From: an uncultured Mycoplasmatota bacterium
Lineage (GTDB): Bacteria > Bacillota_I > Bacilli_A > RF39 > UBA660
DNA: 46,018 nt
Direction: 5' to 3'
Assembly: GCA_900557185.1 (NCBI GenBank)
Contig: USRP01000002.1
Span: 1-46,018, forward strand
Shown here: positions 1 to 7,545 of the stretch, in pieces
Numbering within the stretch: the stretch's first letter is position 1
Layout: every line of letters begins with the position of its first letter
Position numbers and translations under genes: made by a program
Notes under the pieces: model-generated
What the model was told of the DNA's origin: nothing
The model's database searches: none
Seen by the model: the letters and a program-made list of their open reading frames with translations, nothing else

Positions 1-78
1 ATAAACAATGTTCCACGTGAAACTAAATAAACAATGTTCCACGTGAAACTAAATAAACAATGTTCCACGTGAAACTAA
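1..78. repeat. parS: Three perfect tandem 26-bp repeats (ATAAACAATGTTCCACGTGAAACTAA). Each contains a parS-like 16-mer TGTTCCACGTGAAACT at 9-24, 35-50 and 61-76. The array may continue upstream of the window.
   Basis: Direct reading shows units 1-26, 27-52 and 53-78 are identical. The 16-mer matches the B. subtilis parS consensus TGTTNCACGTGAAACA at 15/16. Confidence 0.8.
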
Positions 79-86
79 ATATTTTG

Positions 87-115
87 TTGCATTTTCACTG
101 AAAATAATGTATTAT
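87..115 (+). promoter_or_regulatory. Putative sigma-A promoter of the SRP RNA gene (TTGCAT-N17-TATTAT)
   Basis: -35 TTGCAT at 87-92, 17-nt spacer, -10 TATTAT at 110-115, immediately upstream of the SRP RNA helix. Confidence 0.4.
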
Positions 116-120
116 GATTT

Positions 121-195
121 TGCACAACGTTTATTTCTGAAACAGGTCAGGATCGGAAGATAGCAGCCTTAAGGAACTCTAAACGTGTGTGCTTT
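121..195 (+). ncRNA. ffs: Small (4.5S-type, about 75 nt) signal recognition particle RNA
   Basis: CAGGTCAGGATCGGAAGATAGCAGCCTTAAGG matches the conserved SRP domain IV motif (E. coli CAGGUCAGGUCCGGAAGGAAGCAGCCAAGG). A closing helix pairs GCACAACGTTTA with TAAACGTGTGTGC and is followed by a T-run. Neighbourhood (tadA, dnaX) is as in B. subtilis. Confidence 0.8.
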
Positions 196-213
196 TTTAT
201 TGGAGTTGATAGT

Positions 214-660
214 ATGGATGAAAAATATATGAATATTGCTTTAGAAGAGGCATACAAATCGTATGAAAAAGGAGATGTGCCAGTTGGAGCAATTGTTGTA
301 TATAAAAATGAAATAATAGCAAGAGCTCATAACTGTAAGGAACAAAATAAAAATGCAGTAGAACATGCAGAGATATTAGCAATTTCCCAAGCATGCCAAA
401 AGTTGAATACGTGGCATTTAGAGGAATGTACGATTTACGTTACATTAGAACCTTGTTTGATGTGTGCTGGTGCATTAATTCAATCGAGAATTGGAAAACT
501 TGTTTTTGCTACAGAAAATGAAAAATTCGGATATGTTGGCAGTATTTCTAATGTGCTTAATAACAAAAGCAATAACCACCATCCAATTATTATAAATGGA
601 ATATGTAAAGAAAAATCACAAAAATTATTGAAAGAGTTTTTTAAAGACAAAAGGAATTGA
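214..660 (+). CDS. tadA: tRNA-specific adenosine deaminase TadA
   Basis: Deaminase motifs HAE and PCxMC (HAEILAI, LEPCLMCAGAL). ATG at 214 is preceded by GGAG; the ORF-track start at 187 overlaps the SRP RNA. Confidence 0.9.
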   Translation: MDEKYMNIALEEAYKSYEKGDVPVGAIVVYKNEIIARAHNCKEQNKNAVEHAEILAISQACQKLNTWHLEECTIYVTLEPCLMCAGALIQSRIGKLVFATENEKFGYVGSISNVLNNKSNNHHPIIINGICKEKSQKLLKEFFKDKRN

Positions 661-683
661 AAGGAAATCAATTCCTTTTCATT
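649..683 (+). terminator. Perfect 12-bp hairpin (AAAAGGAATTGA / TCAATTCCTTTT) spanning the tadA stop codon; weak T tail
   Basis: Inverted repeat read directly; only a short T-run follows. Confidence 0.45.
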
Positions 684-691
684 ATAAAAAA

Positions 692-700
692 TGCTATAAT
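692..700 (+). promoter_or_regulatory. Extended -10 element TGCTATAAT upstream of dnaX
   Basis: TGnTATAAT match about 33 nt upstream of the dnaX TTG start. Confidence 0.4.
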
Positions 701-732
701 ATACAAGGAAATAAGAAATGAGGTGGTAAACT

Positions 733-2433
733 TTGTACCAAACATTATATAGAAAATATCGACCACAGACTTTTGACGAAGTGGTTGGACAGACAACAAT
801 TATTAGAACGTTAAAAAACGAAATAGAACACAATCGTTTGAATCATGCTTATTTGTTTACTGGGCCTAGAGGGGTAGGAAAAACAAGTGTTGCTAAAATT
901 TTAGCAAAGACTGTAAATTGTAAACATTTAAAAGATTGTATTCCATGTGATCGATGTGATAGTTGTATAGAAATGAATCAAAAACAATCGACTGATATTA
1001 TAGAAATCGATGCTGCATCAAATAATGGTGTAGATGAAATAAGAGAACTGAAAAGCAAGGTGAACTTAGTTCCTTCAACTGGTAAATATAAAGTATATAT
1101 TATTGATGAGGTACATATGTTGACTGTTGGAGCATTTAATGCATTATTGAAAACATTGGAAGAACCACCAGAACATATTATTTTTATTTTAGCAACTACC
1201 GATCCACATAAAATTCCATTGACAATTTTATCGAGATGTCAAAGATTCGATTTTAAACGAATTAGTGTATCAGAAATTGTAAAATTGTTATCTAGTATTG
1301 TCAAAAAGGAAAATATTGATATCGAAGAAAAAGCACTCGAAACAATTGCAAGATTATCAGATGGAGGCTTAAGAGATTCTCTTAGTATGTTGGATCAAGT
1401 AATTGCTTATGCTTCAGGAACAATTACAGAAAAAGAAGTACATGAAGTGAATGGGACTTTATCGCAAGAAGATTTGAAAAGTTTTTTCGAAAATATGTTT
1501 CAAAAAAATCTAAAGGAATGTTTAGAATTAATTCATGTATGTAACGACGATGGAAAAAATTTAGTTAAGTTAACAGAAGAGATGATTGAATTTTTAAGAA
1601 ATGTATTATTGACAAAAACAGCTCCGGAAATTATCAAAAATGATATTACAATTTATCAAGAGATTGCCAACCAATTGTCTATTTCTGAGATAACAAAAGT
1701 TATATATCAGTTTAATGATTGCATACAAAAAATGAAAAATTCTAATTATCCAAAATTGATATTAGAATTATGTGTTATTCAAAATACTGTCAATGAAACG
1801 ACAGATTCAAAATCATTAAAAAAAGAAGAAGTAATAGAAAAAAATGATGAAAATCATTTCCCGGGAAATATAACGGAAGTAAAAAAAGAAGAAAAAAAGC
1901 CAGAAGCAGTTAAAAAAGAAAAGAAAGAAAGTGTAATTAAATACACAAACGAACAACGTGAAAAAATGGATAAACTAAAGATGATTCGCGTGAACAATAC
2001 ATTATCGAAGTTTAATAAAAAACAATTATTACATTTTAGAAATACAATACAGGATAAAATGAGAACTTACTTATTAGATCCAGATTATAGTCACATTGTT
2101 TCATTACTTATGGATGGTATGTTAAAAGCAGCGAGTGATGAATATTTGATTGTTGTATTTGATGAATTAAAAATGAGCGATTTATTTAATCAAAATTTAA
2201 ACAAGGTGGAACAAGTGATTTCAGATACTTACCATCAACCTTATAAAATAATTTCTTTGAGTTCTCAAGAATGGGAACCAATTAAAAATGATTTTAATCA
2301 TAAAACAAGAAAATTTGAATATCAAGAAGAACAAGAAAAATATGTTGATTTTATGAATCCAACTTCTGATAATGAAACAGAATCAAAATCAGAAATGGAA
2401 CAATTGTTTGGAAATATTGTAGAATATAATTAA
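733..2433 (+). CDS. dnaX: DNA polymerase III subunit tau/gamma (TTG start)
   Basis: N-terminus MYQTLYRKYRPQTFDEVVGQ, Walker A GPRGVGKTS, Zn module CxxCxxCxxC, SRC motif. RBS GAGGTGG lies 6 nt upstream. Confidence 0.95.
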   Translation: MYQTLYRKYRPQTFDEVVGQTTIIRTLKNEIEHNRLNHAYLFTGPRGVGKTSVAKILAKTVNCKHLKDCIPCDRCDSCIEMNQKQSTDIIEIDAASNNGVDEIRELKSKVNLVPSTGKYKVYIIDEVHMLTVGAFNALLKTLEEPPEHIIFILATTDPHKIPLTILSRCQRFDFKRISVSEIVKLLSSIVKKENIDIEEKALETIARLSDGGLRDSLSMLDQVIAYASGTITEKEVHEVNGTLSQEDLKSFFENMFQKNLKECLELIHVCNDDGKNLVKLTEEMIEFLRNVLLTKTAPEIIKNDITIYQEIANQLSISEITKVIYQFNDCIQKMKNSNYPKLILELCVIQNTVNETTDSKSLKKEEVIEKNDENHFPGNITEVKKEEKKPEAVKKEKKESVIKYTNEQREKMDKLKMIRVNNTLSKFNKKQLLHFRNTIQDKMRTYLLDPDYSHIVSLLMDGMLKAASDEYLIVVFDELKMSDLFNQNLNKVEQVISDTYHQPYKIISLSSQEWEPIKNDFNHKTRKFEYQEEQEKYVDFMNPTSDNETESKSEMEQLFGNIVEYN

Positions 2434-2447
2434 GAAAGAGGGATAAA

Positions 2448-2744
2448 ATGAATATACAAGCAATGATGAAACAAGCACAAAAATTACAAAAAGAAATGAC
2501 AGAAACGAAAAGTAAAATTGATGAAATGGAATTTACAGGTAAATCATCAATTGTTACAGTTACAGTAAATGGGAAAAAAGAAGTGACAAAAGTTAAAATT
2601 GATAGTAATCAATTTGATGGTGATGATATTGAAATGTTAGAAGATATGATTATGATTGCAGTGAATGATGCAATGAAACAAGTTGATCAAGAAATAGAAA
2701 ATAAAATGGGGAAATATACGCAAGGAATGCCCGGGTTATTTTAG
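2448..2744 (+). CDS. ybaB: YbaB/EbfC family nucleoid-associated protein
   Basis: About 100 aa, N-terminus MMKQAQKLQKEM, conserved position between dnaX and recR. Confidence 0.9.
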   Translation: MNIQAMMKQAQKLQKEMTETKSKIDEMEFTGKSSIVTVTVNGKKEVTKVKIDSNQFDGDDIEMLEDMIMIAVNDAMKQVDQEIENKMGKYTQGMPGLF

Positions 2745-2747
2745 TGT

Positions 2748-3350
2748 ATGAATTATCCAAAAATTATTCAAAGTTTAATTGATTGTTTTAAAAAGATTCC
2801 TGGAGTAGGAGAGAAGACTGCTGAAAGATATGTATTATCTTTATTAGATATGGATGACGATGTTTTAAAGGAATTTGCCGATTATCTAAAAAATTTAAAA
2901 CATAAAATTGTTCGTTGTAAAATATGTCACAATCTTTCAGAAGGAGAGATATGTGATATATGTAAAGATACAACAAGAGATCATTCTACAATCTGTGTTG
3001 TTGAAGAGCCAAAAAATGTTTTTTCTTTTGAAAAAGCAGGCACTTATCTTGGCACTTATCATGTATTGGATGGTTTAATTTCTCCATTAGAAGGAATTCG
3101 CCCTGAAAATATTAATATTGCATCGTTATTAGACCGAGTTGAAAAAGAATCAATCAAAGAGGTAATCATTGCTGTAAAAGCTTGTGTAGAGGGCGAAACT
3201 ACAGCTATGTACATTGCCAAGAAATTAGAAAATAAAAATGTGAAAGTAAGTAAAATTGCTTATGGAATTCCATTAGGTGCAGATATGGGATATATCGATG
3301 CATCTACATTAGAAATTTCATTAGAAAATAGACAACAAATACATAATTAA
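2748..3350 (+). CDS. recR: Recombination protein RecR
   Basis: HhH (PGVGEKTAERY), C4 zinc finger (CKICHNLSEGEICDIC), Toprim region; conserved synteny. Confidence 0.95.
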   Translation: MNYPKIIQSLIDCFKKIPGVGEKTAERYVLSLLDMDDDVLKEFADYLKNLKHKIVRCKICHNLSEGEICDICKDTTRDHSTICVVEEPKNVFSFEKAGTYLGTYHVLDGLISPLEGIRPENINIASLLDRVEKESIKEVIIAVKACVEGETTAMYIAKKLENKNVKVSKIAYGIPLGADMGYIDASTLEISLENRQQIHN

Positions 3351-3376
3351 ATTTATCATCTCATAAGTTTTTTTAG

Positions 3377-3580
3377 GTGATAACTATGTTGATTTTAAAA
3401 AAGATTTATGAAATATTAAAACGAATTATAATTAGTGTATTTTTGCTATATAGTTTTAATTTAGTGATGTCACCTTTGGAGATAATGATTCCAATTAATA
3501 TGATTACAGTAGTAGGAATTACGGTATTAGGATTTCCAGCATTATTATCATTTTTGGTAATATTATTGTTTATATACTAG
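3377..3580 (+). CDS. bofA: BofA-like small membrane protein (pro-sigma-K processing inhibitor family)
   Basis: IPINMITVVGITVLGFPALLSFLVIL resembles the B. subtilis BofA C-terminus VPINLVTTAISGILGIPGIAALVVI (from memory). Position after recR is as in B. subtilis. Start may be ATG 3386. Confidence 0.6.
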   Translation: MITMLILKKIYEILKRIIISVFLLYSFNLVMSPLEIMIPINMITVVGITVLGFPALLSFLVILLFIY

Positions 3581-3590
3581 GAGGTAAAAT

Positions 3591-4571
3591 ATGCTTGATG
3601 AATTTCAGAGTAGTCAAAAAGTTGTATATCAAATGCTTCAAAATGCAGGGAAGAAACAAAAGTTTTCTCATGCATATTTAATTGATGCGAATCATTATCC
3701 GAGAAAGTTAGAATTTGCCATTGCTTTAGCAAAATTTATTTTGTGTCCATATCATTATTCTAATTATGATAAATGTGGAATGTGTTCTCAATGTCATAGA
3801 ATTGATGATGGGAATTTTACAGAATTAAAAATTATATCTCCAGAAGGAGCATGGATTAAAAAAGAACAATTAGAAGATTTACAAAAGCAGTTTTCTACAA
3901 AAGCGATTGAGTCAAAAAATAAAATATATATTATTAATGACGCTGAAAAAATGAATGCATCTGCAGCTAACTCTATTTTAAAGTTTTTAGAGGAACCGGA
4001 ACCAGGAATCATCGCTATTTTAATCACAGATAATATGTATCAATTATTAGATACAATTATTTCAAGATGTCAGGTTATTTCCCTTGCGAAAACAAAACAA
4101 AGTGATATGATAGAACATGCATCTTCCATTTCTACAGTAGAGAAGATTGGCTTCTTTTTATCTAAAACGGGAGATGATTATCAAAACTTTGTTCAAAGTG
4201 ATGATAAAAAAGAACAAATTGAGCACGTAGTTCAGTTTATTCAAGAATTAGAAAATAATGGTTCCGAAGCCATTTTAAAAGAAAATAAACTTTGGACAAG
4301 CATATTCCGAGATAAAGAACAAAATGATTTTGGATTAGAGATTATGTTGTTATTTTATAAAGATGTGATAAATCAAAAAGTTGGTTTAGCAATTGAATTT
4401 ATGGATGACTATCAAGCTATTTTAAAAACATTAGCTGAAAAGAATAGTATGAAACAATTATGCAAAAAAATTGAGATGTTAATTGAATTAAAAAATCATT
4501 TGCGAGTAAATGCAAATAATAATTTATTAATTGATCAATTAATTTTATCATTTCAGGAGGTGTGTGTATGA
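3591..4571 (+). CDS. holB: DNA polymerase III subunit delta'
   Basis: Clamp-loader AAA+ fold with Zn module CGMCSQCHRIDDG, SRC motif (ISRCQV), followed by yaaT as in Bacillus. Confidence 0.85.
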   Translation: MLDEFQSSQKVVYQMLQNAGKKQKFSHAYLIDANHYPRKLEFAIALAKFILCPYHYSNYDKCGMCSQCHRIDDGNFTELKIISPEGAWIKKEQLEDLQKQFSTKAIESKNKIYIINDAEKMNASAANSILKFLEEPEPGIIAILITDNMYQLLDTIISRCQVISLAKTKQSDMIEHASSISTVEKIGFFLSKTGDDYQNFVQSDDKKEQIEHVVQFIQELENNGSEAILKENKLWTSIFRDKEQNDFGLEIMLLFYKDVINQKVGLAIEFMDDYQAILKTLAEKNSMKQLCKKIEMLIELKNHLRVNANNNLLIDQLILSFQEVCV

Positions 4572-5347
4572 AAATAATTAAAGTAGTGTTAAAAAAGAAT
4601 GGATTACCACACTATTTCGCAACCCATGGATTACCATTAAAACGTAATGTCTCTGTTATTGTCGAAACTGAGAAAGGTTTACAGTTTGGAACAACGACAT
4701 CTGATATTTTAGAGATTGCTGATGAACAAATACAAGTACCAATCACTGATATTGTAAGAATCGCATCTAGAAAAGATATACGTCGTCATGAAAAAAATGA
4801 AGCAGAGGCTAAGTTTGCTTTAAAAAAATGTCGTGAGTTAGTGCAAAAGCATGAATTGAATATGCGAATTTTAGATGCAGTATATACATTTGATCGTGAC
4901 CAATTATTCTTTTATTTCCTTTCAGACAGTCGTGTTGATTTTAGAGCACTAGCGAAAGATTTAGCGTCTATTTATCACACGAGAATTGAATTACGTCAAG
5001 TAGGAGTAAGAGATAAAGCAAAAGAAATTGGTGGAATTGGTATGTGCGGCCGTGGCTTATGTTGTTCTACGTTTTTAACAGAGTTTGAATCTGTTTCTAT
5101 TAACATGGCAAAAAATCAAAATATTTCACTGAATCCATCTAAAATTAATGGATTATGTGGAAGATTATTGTGTTGTTTGAATTATGAAAACGAATGCTAT
5201 AAAGAATGTCGTAAAGATTTACCAAAAGTTGGACAAACAGTCAAAACTGATTATGGTAGTGGTGTCGTGAAAGAAATTGATATTTTAAAACGTACTTATA
5301 AAGTAGATATACCTGCGAAAGGACTTGTTGAGGTAACTGCAGAATGA
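4568..5347 (+). CDS. ricT: PSP1 domain protein, YaaT/RicT homologue (stage 0 sporulation / RNase Y maturation complex)
   Basis: Cys-rich PSP1 C-terminus (GMCGRGLCCSTFL, LCGRLLCCLNYE). ATGA overlap with the holB stop; AGGAGG RBS. Confidence 0.85.
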   Translation: MKIIKVVLKKNGLPHYFATHGLPLKRNVSVIVETEKGLQFGTTTSDILEIADEQIQVPITDIVRIASRKDIRRHEKNEAEAKFALKKCRELVQKHELNMRILDAVYTFDRDQLFFYFLSDSRVDFRALAKDLASIYHTRIELRQVGVRDKAKEIGGIGMCGRGLCCSTFLTEFESVSINMAKNQNISLNPSKINGLCGRLLCCLNYENECYKECRKDLPKVGQTVKTDYGSGVVKEIDILKRTYKVDIPAKGLVEVTAE

Positions 5348-6075
5348 AAGAAGAAACACATTATTTATTAGGTAGAGAAAATTTAAAAATTGTTCAAAGT
5401 AATCAATGTTTTTCATTCTCCTTAGATTCTATGTTGTTGCCTAATTTTGTAACCTTGAACTTAAGAACCAAAAAAATTTTGGATATTGGTTGCGGGAATG
5501 CACCAATTCCTTTGATTATGTCTGAACGAAGTAAAGCCCATATTGTTGGAGTTGAAATTCAAGAAGAAGCATATCAAATGGCTAAAAAAAGTGTTCAGTT
5601 AAATCATAAAGAAGATCAAATTGCAATTATTCACGATGATATCCATCATTATGCGACTTTATTTGATCACGAAGAATATGATGTGATTACTTGTAATCCA
5701 CCATATTTTGAATATCAAGCATCTTCTATTGTAAACGATAATCAACAAAAAACGATTGCCCGTCATGATAAAATGTTAAAAATGGAAGATATTATGAAAA
5801 TTAGTAGAAAATTACTAAAAAATAATGGTATACTAGCTCTTGTTCAAAGACCAGAGCGTTTAGTAGACATTATTACTTTGATGCGAAAGAGTAATATTGA
5901 ACCAAAGAAAATGCTTCTTATTTATCCAAAAAAAGGAAAGGAAGCAAATATTTTATTAATTGAGGGTATGAAGAATGGTAAGCCAGGATTAAAAATATTA
6001 GATCCTATCTATTCTCATAATGAACAACATGAATATTCAGATGAATTAAAGAAGTTTTTACGTATGAATGGATGA
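5344..6075 (+). CDS. SAM-dependent tRNA (adenine-N6) methyltransferase, YabB/TrmN6-like
   Basis: SAM motif LDIGCGNAP and NPPY catalytic motif (ITCNPPYFE); synteny with yaaT and rsmI. Confidence 0.8.
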   Translation: MKEETHYLLGRENLKIVQSNQCFSFSLDSMLLPNFVTLNLRTKKILDIGCGNAPIPLIMSERSKAHIVGVEIQEEAYQMAKKSVQLNHKEDQIAIIHDDIHHYATLFDHEEYDVITCNPPYFEYQASSIVNDNQQKTIARHDKMLKMEDIMKISRKLLKNNGILALVQRPERLVDIITLMRKSNIEPKKMLLIYPKKGKEANILLIEGMKNGKPGLKILDPIYSHNEQHEYSDELKKFLRMNG

Positions 6076-6944
6076 TGTGTATGATACAAAATAGTTATCA
6101 AAATGAAGCAATTGTATATTTAATTCCAACACCAATTGGTAATTTGGAAGATATTACAATTCGAGCAATTGAAGTGTTAAAACAGGTAGATGTTATTTTT
6201 TGCGAAGATACAAGAGTGACATCTTTATTATTAAACCATTTCAATTTGAAAAAAAAATTGTATTCTAGTCATAAATTTAATGAAGAAAAGAATGAGAGTA
6301 AGTTCCTTTCATATTTAGAAGAAGGAAAGTGTGTTGGAATTGTCAGTGATCGTGGAACACCGATTATTAGTGATCCAGGTTATTTTTTAGTGCAAACGGC
6401 AATTAACCATGGGTATGCGGTTGTTGGGTTACCCGGACCAACAGCTTTTGTTCCAGCTCTTATTATGTCAGGTTTAGAGCCACAACCATTTTATTTCTAT
6501 GGCTTTTTACACAATAAAGATAGTAAAAGAAAAGAAGAGATGAAACAATTAAAGAATTTTCCTCATACAATGATTTTTTATGAAGCACCTCATCGAATTG
6601 CGAAAACATTACAACAAATGTATGAGATATTAGGAAATCGTCGTATTTGTATTGCCCGAGAAATTAGTAAGAAATTTGAAACTATTTACCGTGGAACTAT
6701 TTCTGAGATTCTAAATCATGTTCAAGATATGAAAGGTGAAATTGTATTATTGGTGGAAGGAAATAAAAGTCCTGATACTTCTTTTGCAATCAGTATTATA
6801 GAACATGTTAATTTGTATATTAAAGAAGGGTTATCCACTATGGATGCAATTAAAAAAGTGAGTAAAGAACGTGGCATGAATAAGAAAGATGTTTATCAGG
6901 CTTATCATAATGAAAAGGGGAAGGAGGATCACACATGCGATTAA
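6072..6944 (+). CDS. rsmI: 16S rRNA (cytidine1402-2'-O)-methyltransferase RsmI
   Basis: Tetrapyrrole-methylase fold, N-terminus LYLIPTPIGNLEDITIRA, SDRGTPIISDPG. Start may be ATG 6081. Confidence 0.9.
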   Translation: MMCMIQNSYQNEAIVYLIPTPIGNLEDITIRAIEVLKQVDVIFCEDTRVTSLLLNHFNLKKKLYSSHKFNEEKNESKFLSYLEEGKCVGIVSDRGTPIISDPGYFLVQTAINHGYAVVGLPGPTAFVPALIMSGLEPQPFYFYGFLHNKDSKRKEEMKQLKNFPHTMIFYEAPHRIAKTLQQMYEILGNRRICIAREISKKFETIYRGTISEILNHVQDMKGEIVLLVEGNKSPDTSFAISIIEHVNLYIKEGLSTMDAIKKVSKERGMNKKDVYQAYHNEKGKEDHTCD

Positions 6945-7495
6945 TTGTGGGATTAGGAAATCCTGGAAAAGAATATGAACATACAAGACATAACATGGGA
7001 TTTGATCAAATTGATTTATTTGCTTCTTCCCATCATGTTACATTAGATCGAGAAAAGTTTGGTGGAAAATATTGTGAGTTATTCGTCCAGCAAGAAAAGG
7101 TAATTTTATTAAAACCGTTAAGTTATATGAATTTATCAGGAGAAGTGATTCAAAGATTTATGAATTTTTATAAAATACCAATTTCTAATTTATTAGTTAT
7201 TTGTGATGATTTGGATACTTCGGTAGGAAAAATAAAATTGAAGAAAAAAGGGAGTTCTGGAGGGCATAATGGCTTAAAGAATATTGAATTTCATCTTCAT
7301 ACTAATGAATATAATCGATATAAGATTGGTATTTCTAATAATAAGAAGATGGATGGTAAAGATTATGTACTAGGAAAACTTTCTAAAGAAGAACAAGAAG
7401 AAATTAGAAAAGTAATGGAACAAGGTGTTCAGTTATTAGATGATTATTTTATATTATCCTTTGATAACTTAATGAATAAGTATAATAAAAAGTAG
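6935..7495 (+). CDS. pth: Peptidyl-tRNA hydrolase
   Basis: MRLIVGLGNPGKEYEHTRHNMGF and GGHNGLKNI signature. Confidence 0.95.
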   Translation: MRLIVGLGNPGKEYEHTRHNMGFDQIDLFASSHHVTLDREKFGGKYCELFVQQEKVILLKPLSYMNLSGEVIQRFMNFYKIPISNLLVICDDLDTSVGKIKLKKKGSSGGHNGLKNIEFHLHTNEYNRYKIGISNNKKMDGKDYVLGKLSKEEQEEIRKVMEQGVQLLDDYFILSFDNLMNKYNKK

Positions 7496-7497
7496 TT

Positions 7498-7522
7498 GGA
7501 TACAATGAATGTGTCCTTTTTT
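7498..7522 (+). terminator. Weak hairpin (GGATACA / TGTGTCC) plus T6 between pth and mfd
   Basis: 7-bp stem with one G-U pair, followed by TTTTTT. Confidence 0.4.
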
Positions 7523-7545
7523 CCGTGTTTAGGAGGTGAAATATT

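Noticed and set aside
1-78. Possible CRISPR array, given the short direct repeats
   Set aside because: The 26-bp units abut directly with no spacers, and each contains a palindromic parS-type core. No cas genes are nearby.
480-833. 117-aa minus-strand ORF spanning the tadA end and the dnaX start
   Set aside because: It overlaps two well-supported plus-strand genes and their intergenic terminator and promoter. Its composition is consistent with an antisense artefact.
2731-2746. Third CCCGGG-centred sequence (AATGCCCGGGTTAT) at the end of ybaB as another NBS
   Set aside because: Only about 10/14 positions match ATTTCCCGGGAAAT. The flanks are not palindromic, so it is probably just a Pro-Gly codon pair.
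2751-6845. DnaA-box-like 9-mers (TTATCCAAA at about 2753, TTATCCACT at about 6833)
   Set aside because: These are isolated 8/9 matches inside coding sequence with no clustering or AT-rich unwinding element, so this is not an origin.
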